Below are positions 30,088 through 39,220 of a DNA stretch of 64,000 nt, piece by piece. Under the pieces are notes generated by a model. It made no database searches and was not told where the DNA came from. It was given only the letters and a program-made list of their open reading frames with translations. The translations under genes and the position numbers were made by a program. Origin of the DNA: a virus. Numbering within the stretch: position 1 is the first letter of the stretch; the number at the start of each line of letters is the position of its first letter. The stretch is taken from UHGV virus genome UHGV-0141727; one strand, written 5' to 3'.

Positions 30088-31743
30088 TCAACGCATCAGG
30101 ATTGGTTTGCCGAGGATTCGACGAGCAGTGCCTGTTGGACACACGGACCATTCCACTTCCCACAAGTCGATGTCTTTTTGAGTTACCTTGACCACATAAG
30201 GGTCAGAACCTTGAGATTCATCGCGTGGTGTAACCAGCGCACCAGCCGCATAAAAACGGTCCAGAAGATCTGTCAGTGCGTTAGTCAGACTTTCCTGCGT
30301 TACGCCATCAGGTTCATGCTTGATTGCCTGAGCAACTTCATAGAAATTGCGGGCAATTGCATTCATCAGTGATGAAACGTGCTGGAATCGCAGATAGTTA
30401 TTTTTGCTGTATGTCGTCAGGGAGTCGTCGATGTAGACAGAACCATCCGCTGCAACGCTTACTGGGTTAATACGAGCGGTCACATACGCTTCACGATCGA
30501 TTGTGCCAATCCCGGAGAGTCTGGTGATGTTCTGGCGATCAATGATTGCGCGAGACAGACCAGCCGGGGCGTAATGCCAGCCGCCTACATCAGACACAAG
30601 CGCAACGCCTTTAGCTTTTGCCACAAATGCGTCGCAACTGATTCCGTAAACCACATTCATACCGCTGAAAGTGTCACGGCATGAGTACGGGAAGTGATAA
30701 CGTGCAGCCTGGTGGGATTTGCCGAAACCATGTGATTTAGCTTCCGCGATAGCGTTATCACCAGTCTGAGCACATTTCAGGTCGTAGAACATATCCACGC
30801 GAACGTCTTCTGCCAGCGAATTAATTTTTGCCAGCACGGATGCGTCGTAGCAGCCCATAGAAAGCAGCGCGGTATAATTAACTTCTGACGCTTCGAGAAC
30901 CTCTAACGCTTTCAGATAATCATCAGTGTCAATTGAGGACAGATCGCCATCTGTACCGCCTTCAAACGCTACATCTTCGAAAGTCAGCAAGTGAGCGGAG
31001 TCTTCGGCACCATCAGCCAGTACAGCTCCAAGCCTGGTGGACTGACTTTCTAACAACGCAGGAATCCATGCTGGCTGGCCCATATCGTTCGTTGCATCCG
31101 GATCGAAAGAAACCTGGTAGCTTTCCAGCGTTTCTACAGAACCATCGGTCTGTGTCTCTTTCAGTTCCAGAGTGAACAGGTCATTTTCTTCGTCCTCACG
31201 GGTCAGTGATAACGTGCGGTTTGTCGAAGCATCACCGTCCTTTATGTAGAAAATAGCCAGTTCACTGCCGGAAATTTCAGGTGTTTCGCTTGCAGCGAAA
31301 GTTACCGGAGAAGTGGCTCCAGAAACGGCACGAACGGTCAGTGTATCGCCGATATTTACCGTTGCTTCGGTCGGAGCAATTTGCAGAGTTTTTGCTGACT
31401 TGGTGCTTTTCGACCTGGCCTGAACAGAAACGGCAATGCCCGGTACTTTCATGTCTTTTGCGCATACGCGAACCACATAACCGGTGCCGCCTTTTACTGC
31501 GCGTTCAACGTGGCGATATGGTTCAAATGCGGCCCCGGTGCGCGGGTGAAGAGGTGAACCTAACACGCTCTGATAGTTGGCTGCTGTAACCTGCAAAACC
31601 TTGCCTGGTGCCCCTCTGCGGGAAATAACCAACCCGGCAAAGACGGAAGCACCGCCAGATGTGTTGGACAGGGTAGCATCGGCATTTACGTCCGCTACCG
31701 CAACGCCCGCCGCCTGACCAACAGAAAAACCAATTTTATTCAT
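30088..31743 (-). CDS. major virion structural protein (sheath-size, P1 gp22-like position)
   Basis: ORF 551 aa adjacent to capsid-size gene; assignment by size and synteny. Confidence 0.35.
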   Translation of the reverse strand: MNKIGFSVGQAAGVAVADVNADATLSNTSGGASVFAGLVISRRGAPGKVLQVTAANYQSVLGSPLHPRTGAAFEPYRHVERAVKGGTGYVVRVCAKDMKVPGIAVSVQARSKSTKSAKTLQIAPTEATVNIGDTLTVRAVSGATSPVTFAASETPEISGSELAIFYIKDGDASTNRTLSLTREDEENDLFTLELKETQTDGSVETLESYQVSFDPDATNDMGQPAWIPALLESQSTRLGAVLADGAEDSAHLLTFEDVAFEGGTDGDLSSIDTDDYLKALEVLEASEVNYTALLSMGCYDASVLAKINSLAEDVRVDMFYDLKCAQTGDNAIAEAKSHGFGKSHQAARYHFPYSCRDTFSGMNVVYGISCDAFVAKAKGVALVSDVGGWHYAPAGLSRAIIDRQNITRLSGIGTIDREAYVTARINPVSVAADGSVYIDDSLTTYSKNNYLRFQHVSSLMNAIARNFYEVAQAIKHEPDGVTQESLTNALTDLLDRFYAAGALVTPRDESQGSDPYVVKVTQKDIDLWEVEWSVCPTGTARRILGKPILMR

Positions 31744-31778
31744 GCTGCTCTTTTCCTCTTTATCGAGCGGATTAGAGA

Positions 31779-31804
31779 AGTCTCCCCATTTGCATGGGGA
31801 GACT
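31779..31804. terminator. perfect 11-bp stem hairpin AGTCTCCCCAT/ATGGGGAGACT between Ig-like ORF and next gene
   Basis: stem-loop with TTTTATC on plus side. Confidence 0.35.
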
Positions 31805-31808
31805 TTTA

Positions 31809-32087
31809 TCAGGCTTCGCCGACCGTGAAGCTGTCACCTACCGTCACTTCTTTGGTTGACGGTTCAACGCTGACGGCGCTTACGCTCTTTGGGGCTTCAT
31901 TAACCGTTACGGTGCATGTTGCCGTTTTATTGCCATCGGTGGTTTTGATAGTGAGCACTGCCTGACCTGCTTTAAGTGCGGTACAGGTTTTGCCATCTAC
32001 GCTCACAATTTCCGGATGATCTGACTCGATAGTGAAAGATTTATCTGTCGCATCGGAAGGTGTAATAGTTACCTGAATATCAGCCAT
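31809..32087 (-). CDS. Ig-like (Big_2-type) domain protein fragment
   Basis: ORF 31809..32099; second ATG at 32087 has GGAGG RBS; contains the distal two-thirds of one Big_2-like domain and the start of a second. Confidence 0.45.
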   Translation of the reverse strand: MADIQVTITPSDATDKSFTIESDHPEIVSVDGKTCTALKAGQAVLTIKTTDGNKTATCTVTVNEAPKSVSAVSVEPSTKEVTVGDSFTVGEA

Positions 32088-32124
32088 TTTTTCCTCCATA
32101 TAGCCCCTTATTCAGGGGCTGGTC

Positions 32125-32240
32125 TTACTTCTTTTTGGGTGTTTTTCGTGTCTTTGAAGTGCTCGCGGCGATAGTTTCACCTTCGTTTACTTCAATTGCC
32201 GTTGGTGAAACTGACACGTTCGCCACTGCTACTTTTTTTC
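32125..32240 (-). other. candidate programmed -1 frameshift site (A AAA AAG at 32232-32238) and 35-codon extension carrying the start of an Ig-like domain
   Basis: slippery heptamer overlaps the stop codon of the 565-aa gene; 9-bp stem 32173-32181/32203-32211 downstream; -1 frame reads VAVANVSVSPTAIEVNEGET... Confidence 0.4.
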
Positions 32241-33926
32241 GTTGATTTGCCCGCTCAACATGTCAATCGCACCTTCTTTCGAACGTGTCAGGCGAAGGCG
32301 AGTGAAATAGTTCTCACCGTTGCGCGGATGCACATCGTTGATTGCTTTGCCCCAAAAAGTGGTGCGGTTCACTAGGGCTGGATTTGTTTCGTGGACATAC
32401 GGAATAGCAGGCACAGCATCACCTGCGACCAGGCCTGCTTTACCAATGCCTTCGCCACGACCATAGAAATAGATGTCGTCCAGGCCGAAGTCGTAGCCAT
32501 ATTTCTGGAATTGTTTGCAGATAGGCTTCGGCACTTCGTAGATACGAATGGAACCAAACAGGGTGCCGATGTATTGAATGTACGGCGACTGTACATAGCC
32601 CGGTGCCAACTGGAAGTGCTGCGGCGGTAAGGAACGCAGGAAGTTAGCAGCATCGCCACCAGCAAAGCCACCACGGATACCGGTGGTCAGGGTGCGGTCA
32701 GCCATCTCCTGTGACAGCGCGTTCACAACATGGCGAATTAAACCAACCCACGACTCGTAGTTCTGCGCTTCTGGCAGTGCCACATCAAATTCACGACCGT
32801 AAACGGTGTGGAATACCAGAGTGCGCAGGCGCATCATATCGATTTCGTGGGAAATCCAGTTGCGCATTGCAGAGAATTGCAATGCTGCCAGTTCGAGTCC
32901 GTGTTCACGGCTCAGGTCAGATGCAGCCATAACCGTATGTTCGGATGCGATCACGTACTCCGACGGGCGCAGGGCGTAATTGCGCATGGACTGGTTAATG
33001 ACTGGTATCAGGTTCGGATTGCGTTCAATGTTGATTTCAACCTGAACAGCGATTTCAGTGCCTTCTGCTGGTGCTTCATTAAAGGTGATATCGATAACGC
33101 CGGTATCGTATCGAACCTTTGCCGTCACAGAGAAAGAGTTGCCGTTGACGTCTTTGTCGTTGAAATACAGGTTGCCGTCACCATCATCTACTTTGGACGG
33201 TTTGCGGTTAATCAGCAGTTTGTTGTAGCCCTGGCGCAGCGGGCAGGCCTGGCCTTCGAAGTTCTGGATATCAAACTGGAAGGTGGTTTTTCTGCCATCG
33301 CCTTTTTCGGTCAGGATGTACAGGCGTTTCATCTGCGAATACACGCCAGCAGACTGCATGTTCAGTTCATCGCCCTGCTCGAATGTACCGAATTTTGTAC
33401 CAGCAACGTTGGTCAGCTCGTAAATATTGGTTTCATCACGATCACAAGGGATAAACGTACATGCGTCGCTGGTGGCTGCGCCGAGAGAAGCAGGCAGGAT
33501 CAGTGCGGCATATTGTGCAACCTTCATTACACCATCGGAGGTGCGCATGTCCTTGGCTACTGATTCAAACATGGCTTTGCCAGCGCCTTCATGCGTCTCT
33601 TTAGCGGACTCCATCATCAGGCGCTCAAGTGCCACATGGGCGTTGGCTAATACATCGCTTGCCGGATAATGCCCATACTGGCGTTTGTATTCATGAATAG
33701 ACATGGCCCAGCTACCAATGATCTGGCGAGCTGCTTCTGGTTCAACGCCTTCAAACATAGGCTCTTTCTGGATAGCTTTTTCCAGGTTAGCCATCATCAC
33801 TTCGTTGTCGGCAATCATGTTACCGGCAGCATCAGTGGTTGGATCGACGGTCATAGCCATGACGCTTGCCGCCCGATTCATAATCTCGCGCTCGCGCTTA
33901 CGAGCTGGCTCAATGTTCTTGTTCAC
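32229..33926 (-). CDS. major capsid-size structural protein (P1 gp23-like position)
   Basis: ORF 565 aa; ends GAA AAA AAG TAG; Ig-like domain sequence downstream. Confidence 0.4.
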   Translation of the reverse strand: MNKNIEPARKREREIMNRAASVMAMTVDPTTDAAGNMIADNEVMMANLEKAIQKEPMFEGVEPEAARQIIGSWAMSIHEYKRQYGHYPASDVLANAHVALERLMMESAKETHEGAGKAMFESVAKDMRTSDGVMKVAQYAALILPASLGAATSDACTFIPCDRDETNIYELTNVAGTKFGTFEQGDELNMQSAGVYSQMKRLYILTEKGDGRKTTFQFDIQNFEGQACPLRQGYNKLLINRKPSKVDDGDGNLYFNDKDVNGNSFSVTAKVRYDTGVIDITFNEAPAEGTEIAVQVEINIERNPNLIPVINQSMRNYALRPSEYVIASEHTVMAASDLSREHGLELAALQFSAMRNWISHEIDMMRLRTLVFHTVYGREFDVALPEAQNYESWVGLIRHVVNALSQEMADRTLTTGIRGGFAGGDAANFLRSLPPQHFQLAPGYVQSPYIQYIGTLFGSIRIYEVPKPICKQFQKYGYDFGLDDIYFYGRGEGIGKAGLVAGDAVPAIPYVHETNPALVNRTTFWGKAINDVHPRNGENYFTRLRLTRSKEGAIDMLSGQINEKK

Positions 33927-34036
33927 GGTTAAACCCTAAATTCGGGCGCGGCGTGAAGATTCTTTTGACGAGGTGACAATACTCACTTTGTTATTTAGTC
34001 AATAGCATTAGAAAAATAATTTTCGTTAACAATCTT

Positions 34037-34084
34037 GTGTTAGTATGGTTTAATCTTAATTTTCTAACATAAAACATTAGAACA
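34037..34084. promoter_or_regulatory. operator-like site with TGTTAG/TTTTCTAACA/CATTAGAACA half-sites
   Basis: recurring motif family, directly upstream of plus-strand gene 34085. Confidence 0.4.
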
Positions 34085-34477
34085 ATGGCGTACAAGATCT
34101 TCGTTTCATACAAAAATGGTGCTAAAAGCCATTCTCTGAACACAAGCAGCAGATGCCTTGTAGAAGCTCAACTGTCATCAATCCTTACTGAAAGAGACAT
34201 TCTTTCCTTGGCTGAACGAATCGTGATTCTCCATTCAGGTAAGGCTATTCTTAATGTTCCTGCGCTTACCCCGCCTTCTGACGTTTTGGCATCTGTTAAG
34301 TGGCCTCAAATCGGCACACCTGTAAGAGTGGAAGATCCTGTAACCACCACTCTTTATATGCCGAAGTCAGTAAGGGATTGGCTTGCTGCGGTTGGTAATG
34401 GGAAGGTCAGCGCGGGGCTTCGGAAGTTAGTGGAAATGGCTGATATTCCGGAGCTGAAAAATGCATGGAGACAGTGA
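34085..34477 (+). CDS. hypothetical protein with C-terminal ribbon-helix-helix-like segment
   Basis: ORF 130 aa on opposite strand to virion genes; C-terminus TTLYMPKSVRDWLAAVGNGKVSAGLRKLVEMA. Confidence 0.35.
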   Translation: MAYKIFVSYKNGAKSHSLNTSSRCLVEAQLSSILTERDILSLAERIVILHSGKAILNVPALTPPSDVLASVKWPQIGTPVRVEDPVTTTLYMPKSVRDWLAAVGNGKVSAGLRKLVEMADIPELKNAWRQ

Positions 34478-34488
34478 GCAGAGGACAC

Positions 34489-34947
34489 ATGAGTCACGCG
34501 AACCCATCGAAAACACAATATCGTTTAATGCTGGCTATCGCGTCAGCTATACCAACCAGCCTGAATCCACCCGCTGGCTATCCCGCTATTGTTGATGATT
34601 GTTTTCAGTATTACGGAGAAGACATCCTGAGCCAGTCCAAAGCGCTCAAGCAGTTATGTAAGGCAGGTATTCTTCACTGTATCGGAGATCCGGACGATTT
34701 TGTTGTTATGCTGGCGGATCGTGACTCTTTTCTGCTGTCATGGAAAGCCGGGGCGCGCGAAGCGCGTTTGGGCAATGGTATTGGCTACATCGACTATAGC
34801 GATTGTCCGCTGGCATTTGCTGGTGGATATATGCATTGGCATGAGCGAAATAGAGGCCGTCAGCGCCAGTATCGCTTGAGTGACTTTAACGTCTGTCACG
34901 GTTTCGAAGAAGCTGACAGCCAGGACATCTGGCTTCAGGAGCCTTAA
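34489..34947 (+). CDS. hypothetical protein
   Basis: ORF 34465..34947; ATG 34489 with AGAGGA RBS immediately after upstream stop. Confidence 0.35.
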   Translation: MSHANPSKTQYRLMLAIASAIPTSLNPPAGYPAIVDDCFQYYGEDILSQSKALKQLCKAGILHCIGDPDDFVVMLADRDSFLLSWKAGAREARLGNGIGYIDYSDCPLAFAGGYMHWHERNRGRQRQYRLSDFNVCHGFEEADSQDIWLQEP

Positions 34948-35267
34948 CCCCCCTTCCCTTCCCAAATCTCCCTATTCCTTTGGTTATTCAGTACGTTTCG
35001 TTGGTTGCATTCATCGATAGTGCTGAATAACTGTTCAGTGTATGCCGGATACTTGTTTAACAGCACAGGCGTGTCCTCTGGCACTATGCAAGGGGTATAA
35101 TCAATCAGATTTCCCTGCGGTTTGCTGGTGGCTTCTACGGTAATTTGCATTGGCACGCTGATTGATTTCTTTTGCCCGTTCCCGCTGCATCCTGATAACG
35201 TCATCAGGCACACGCACATCATTAACCCCAGCATTGCGTAAAGCAGTTTCAAGACGAGTAATTTCAT
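34944..35267 (-). CDS. outer-membrane spanin (o-spanin, lipoprotein)
   Basis: 107-aa ORF with lipobox LSGC; overlaps the i-spanin gene in another frame. Confidence 0.55.
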   Translation of the reverse strand: MKLLVLKLLYAMLGLMMCVCLMTLSGCSGNGQKKSISVPMQITVEATSKPQGNLIDYTPCIVPEDTPVLLNKYPAYTEQLFSTIDECNQRNVLNNQRNREIWEGKGG

Positions 35268-35559
35268 TCTGGCTTTCCTCCCGTTGTTTGATCAGGCTGG
35301 TATTCAGTTCTGCTGTTTTGCGCTGGTACTCCTTCTCCAGTGTTTTAATTCTTTCGTTTTCAGCCATCATGGCAGATCGCGATTTTTCACTTAACTGCAA
35401 TGCGGTAGAAAGCGTGTTGTTCTCGCTTTCAAGTTGTGATTTTGAGTCTTCCAGGGAACGGATATACCTGATGTGATCGATAACTGCCGCCGTAGTACGG
35501 TAAATTCCATAAATGGCTAAAAGCGCAACTACTATCAAAATTATCTTTTTCAAAACCAT
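35101..35559 (-). CDS. inner-membrane spanin (i-spanin, Rz-like)
   Basis: 152-aa ORF with N-terminal TM segment and coiled-coil periplasmic domain. Confidence 0.55.
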   Translation of the reverse strand: MVLKKIILIVVALLAIYGIYRTTAAVIDHIRYIRSLEDSKSQLESENNTLSTALQLSEKSRSAMMAENERIKTLEKEYQRKTAELNTSLIKQREESQNEITRLETALRNAGVNDVRVPDDVIRMQRERAKEINQRANANYRRSHQQTAGKSD

Positions 35560-35629
35560 CCTCTTCAGATTTTTTGTTGGTGTGATATGTGTACCAATTT
35601 GTAACCATTTATGGGCTTAAATGGTGTGG

Positions 35630-36424
35630 TTATGGTTCCTTTTTAGTGTTGCTTTGGAGCGCATCGATTACACCTTGTGGCATGATCAAACTGATTGCCG
35701 GACTCATTACTTCATCGCCCAGTAGAGAACCGGTTAACGTAATAGCTACAGCATTTTCCAGTCCCTGTTTGGCTTTTCCGGTAGAGTCCTTAACTTGCTG
35801 TGCAAGTGTTGAGAGACTACTGCTCGTGTTGTTTATTGCATTTATTTGTTCTGTTGCTGCTTCCACAGCGTCTTTTAGTGCTTTGATCTCTTCTTCTGTT
35901 AGTGCTGGTTGCTGTGTTGTTCCGGTGGAACTTCCGTTGCCTGAAGCCTCCTCGCTTGACGCCTGAACTTTTGCATTTATAGCGGTCATAGCTGAAGTGA
36001 TTGGCACCAGTTCAAATGCTGCCAACGCGTCAATAAGCGATTGCGGATGCAGGGTATCTCCCATAACTGTTACGAGAGCAAATTCTGGCGCAGGAGATAA
36101 CTCATTACCTTTGACGTAACATTCCCAGCCAATTTTCATCTGAAGTAATTCAGTTGGCGAAGTATACGGAGACAGCGAGTCGGCTAAATGGGTTGCTTCT
36201 GCACTGACAGTTTTCAGTTGTTCTGAAAAGACAGAAAGCTGATTGACCCATGAAACCACCGACGCCGGGTATGCTTTATCCTTCAGGATAAGAGCCTGGA
36301 TATTCTCTTCCAGAGAACTGGCATTGGATGACGCTGTTTTACTTAGCGTGATAGATGCAGGCGTAGTTGTGCCTGATGCATTTAGAATTTTGAATGCGTT
36401 AACTTCAGCGATTGAATCAAGCAT
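35630..36424 (-). CDS. Ala/Ser/Thr-rich hypothetical protein downstream of PAAR gene
   Basis: ORF 264 aa. Confidence 0.3.
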   Translation of the reverse strand: MLDSIAEVNAFKILNASGTTTPASITLSKTASSNASSLEENIQALILKDKAYPASVVSWVNQLSVFSEQLKTVSAEATHLADSLSPYTSPTELLQMKIGWECYVKGNELSPAPEFALVTVMGDTLHPQSLIDALAAFELVPITSAMTAINAKVQASSEEASGNGSSTGTTQQPALTEEEIKALKDAVEAATEQINAINNTSSSLSTLAQQVKDSTGKAKQGLENAVAITLTGSLLGDEVMSPAISLIMPQGVIDALQSNTKKEP

Positions 36425-36708
36425 TATGACACCTGAAAAATTGCCTCACCATTAGCGATGACTGAGCCACAAGAAAGGGGATCTCCCACACAAACAACTC
36501 CTTTCCCGCCTATTACAAACCATGAGCGCGTCGATACGGCTGATCCGGGGTGCGCGCTATTTCCGTCTGTATGGCTGGGGAACGCTCCCCCATCTACAAC
36601 CACTGGCTTTCCATTTACGGTAAACCAGGAAACTGTTTCTGCTACAGGTCGCGGAGGGAATCCTCCATGACCAGAACAAACTGTGTCACTGGTCGCAATT
36701 GCACTCAT
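36424..36708 (-). CDS. PAAR-domain spike-tip protein
   Basis: 94-aa ORF with CSGHGG, VNGKPVVVDG and CVGDPLSCG motifs. Confidence 0.55.
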   Translation of the reverse strand: MSAIATSDTVCSGHGGFPPRPVAETVSWFTVNGKPVVVDGGAFPSHTDGNSAHPGSAVSTRSWFVIGGKGVVCVGDPLSCGSVIANGEAIFQVS

Positions 36709-36777
36709 CTAACACCTCCTTTTTCTTAAATCTTCTCCACTTTGTGATTTTCACTCTTCAGATTTCTTACTTCTCAT

Positions 36778-36957
36778 ATTTGTCTCTGATTTGTCTCAAA
36801 AGGGTATCATTGGTACATCATGTATCATCTAAGTCTCTTTTGTGTCTCTTTTGTGTCTCTAGTTTGATGCTTTTTACGCTATCTAACTTCTGGTCTTATT
36901 TTGTTTTCTCATATAAAATTCAATTCTTTCTCAAATGTGTCTCAGAAGTGGAGCAAT
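36778..36957. repeat. parC-like centromere/promoter repeats (TTTGTCTC and TTTTGTGTCTC units)
   Basis: at least five copies of TGTCTC-containing unit upstream of parM. Confidence 0.5.
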
Positions 36958-37917
36958 ATGATGCGCATTTTTATCGACGATGGTTCTACCAATATCAAAA
37001 TGCTGTGGGAACAAGACGGGGAAACTCGAACCCATATCTGTCCGAACAGTTTTAAACGTGGATGGTCCGCCACATTTGGCGCAGGAAAGCCGTTTAACTA
37101 CATCATTGATGACGAAAAATATTCATATGACTTGATCTCGCCGGATGTGCTGCCGACGAATAACGTTGAATGGCAATACAGCCCGCTTAATGTGCTTGCT
37201 GTTCATCATGCCCTGCTTACAAGTGGCATTGAGCCTCAAGAAGTGGAAATAGTTGTCACGTTGCCACTGGCAGAGTTTTATGACGACGACGCACAATACA
37301 ACATGAAAAATATTGAGCGGAAAAAGGCCAGCCTGATGCGACCAGTCACCCTTAACAAAGGTCAGGTTTTTACTATCAAAAAAGTGACTGTGCGCCCGGA
37401 GTCAATACCCGCAGGGATCGGTCTGTGCGACAGCCTTGTGCCAGCGCATTCTGTGCTTATTGTTGATCTTGGTGGGACTACTCTGGATGTGTCGATGGTC
37501 GCCGGGCAAATGACCGCCGTTTCTCGCGTATTTGGCGATTCTAATCTCGGCGTTTCGCTGGTAACTAAAGAGGTCAGACAGGCACTTGCAAAAGCGAATA
37601 CCGAAACCTCTAATTATAATGTCGATCAATTAATCATTAATCGTGATGATGAGGATTATTTGACCGACAATATTAACGATCCGTCTGCTATTGATGATGT
37701 TAAGAAAGCCATTTCGTCAAGCATAGAACGACTCCGTACACGCGTACTGGATGTGATCAGTGATTTCAAAGGATACACGCATGTTATGGTCATTGGTGGC
37801 GGCGCGCCGCTTGTTGCTGATGCTATCCGTGAGCAGGTAAACATTCGTGACGATAGGTTTTTCGTTGCTGATGATCCACAACTTGCTCTTGTCTATGGTC
37901 TAAAATCTATCGGTTGA
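36958..37917 (+). CDS. parM: actin-like plasmid segregation ATPase ParM (StbA)
   Basis: ORF 36901..37917; ATG 36958 with GGAG RBS; recalled resemblance to R1 ParM in N-terminal blocks (FIDDGSTNIK, ICPNSFKR, VIGGGA) (recalled from memory, not searched). Confidence 0.8.
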   Translation: MMRIFIDDGSTNIKMLWEQDGETRTHICPNSFKRGWSATFGAGKPFNYIIDDEKYSYDLISPDVLPTNNVEWQYSPLNVLAVHHALLTSGIEPQEVEIVVTLPLAEFYDDDAQYNMKNIERKKASLMRPVTLNKGQVFTIKKVTVRPESIPAGIGLCDSLVPAHSVLIVDLGGTTLDVSMVAGQMTAVSRVFGDSNLGVSLVTKEVRQALAKANTETSNYNVDQLIINRDDEDYLTDNINDPSAIDDVKKAISSSIERLRTRVLDVISDFKGYTHVMVIGGGAPLVADAIREQVNIRDDRFFVADDPQLALVYGLKSIG

Positions 37918-37927
37918 TGAGGTTGCC

Positions 37928-38293
37928 ATGTCTCAGGAACGTCGAAAAGTATTGTTTTATCTTCGTCCTGGTCTTAACGCCAGTGAGCAATATGCTGATG
38001 CAAAACTTGAGGGCCATCCATTAAGAGATCGCAATGATATGGCGCGCACAGCGATGCTTGCAGGTATCGCTCTTGGCGAGGTTGATAGCAGATTACCTCC
38101 CATGTTGGCATCGCTTTTATCCGGTGATAATAGCCCTGAAGTGATCAGAAAAATGCTGGTTTCATTTCTTGAAATTTCGCCTGAAGTTCGGGAAGCCTCT
38201 GAAGGAAACACCTCTGTCTCAGAGGATGTAAAAAAACCAGGCGTTCCGAAAAGCCGCTCTGCACAGAATTTGGCAAACTCACTCCCTGATTAA
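37928..38293 (+). CDS. parR: ParR (StbB)-like centromere-binding adaptor
   Basis: 121-aa ORF immediately downstream of parM. Confidence 0.55.
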   Translation: MSQERRKVLFYLRPGLNASEQYADAKLEGHPLRDRNDMARTAMLAGIALGEVDSRLPPMLASLLSGDNSPEVIRKMLVSFLEISPEVREASEGNTSVSEDVKKPGVPKSRSAQNLANSLPD

Positions 38294-38329
38294 CCAATCT
38301 ACATCTTCAAAGGCTGCAATTTGCAGCCT

Positions 38330-38578
38330 TTTTTATACCGTTATGGTTCTGGTTTGGTGCTCTTTTAGTACCAAAACGGTGTTGTTATGGTGCTGCTTTG
38401 TATCTGGTTCCACTTTGGGGCTGATTTCGTGTTAAACAGGATGCAACAGAGGGCAAATTTAGAGTGTTTAGTGTTATACTTTTGCAAAGCATAGTGACTC
38501 CACTATAGAGCCAAAACCGCATCAATAAGGCTTCTGTTTGGAACCAGTTTGATACCAAAATAACACCGAGGAACGGAT
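38330..38578. repeat. centromere-like repeats (ACGGTGTT(A/G)TT units) upstream of parA
   Basis: multiple direct and inverted copies of AACGGTG/GGTGTT motif. Confidence 0.45.
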
Positions 38579-39220
38579 ATGATTATATTGGTAGTCAGCC
38601 AAAAAGGTGGCTGTGGAAAATCAACCACAAGCGTAAACATCTGTGCGGAGCTTGCCCGCGAAAATAAGGATGTAGTGTTACTAGATGCAGACAAGCAAGG
38701 AACAGCTGCCCGCTGGGCAGCTGACCGTAACACGGCAGAGGTTTCTCCTGTAATTCATTGTGTCCAGAAGTTTGGTAATATTCGAGAAACACTTCTCGAT
38801 CTGGATAAGCGTTATGAATTTGTAGTTGTTGATACAGCCGGGCGCGATAGCAAAGAGATGCGTACAGGCATAACCGCTGCAGATATTGTGTTGGTCCCAT
38901 TCAGACCATCTCAACCAGATTTAGACACGCTGGCACACTTTGTTGAAGTGTTTGAAGAGGCTTTGGACCTGATGCCTAATCCTAGCATTAAGGCGTTCGC
39001 AGTCTTAACAATGGCCCCATCCAATCCGGTTGTGAATGAAACCAATGAGGCCAAAGAGTACCTAGCTGAATATCCGCAACTGAAGTTGCTGAAAACCATC
39101 ATTCGTGATCGTAAGGTTTACCGCGATTGCATGGCTGAAGGGAAGGGCGTTGTTGAGATGGACAACGGGAAAGCTAAAGGTGAAATCCAGATGTTGGTTA
39201 AGGAGTTATTAAGTGATTAA
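38579..39220 (+). CDS. parA: small Walker-type partition ATPase ParA (type Ib)
   Basis: 213-aa ORF with deviant Walker A KGGCGKST. Confidence 0.7.
   Translation: MIILVVSQKGGCGKSTTSVNICAELARENKDVVLLDADKQGTAARWAADRNTAEVSPVIHCVQKFGNIRETLLDLDKRYEFVVVDTAGRDSKEMRTGITAADIVLVPFRPSQPDLDTLAHFVEVFEEALDLMPNPSIKAFAVLTMAPSNPVVNETNEAKEYLAEYPQLKLLKTIIRDRKVYRDCMAEGKGVVEMDNGKAKGEIQMLVKELLSD

Noticed and set aside
32100-32124. Second A AAA AAG-like run at the end of the -1 extension as a further frameshift site into the Ig-like ORF
   Set aside because: A second -1 shift there hits a stop within 8 codons and does not reach the frame-0 Ig ORF; the interruption looks like an indel or insertion rather than a double frameshift.
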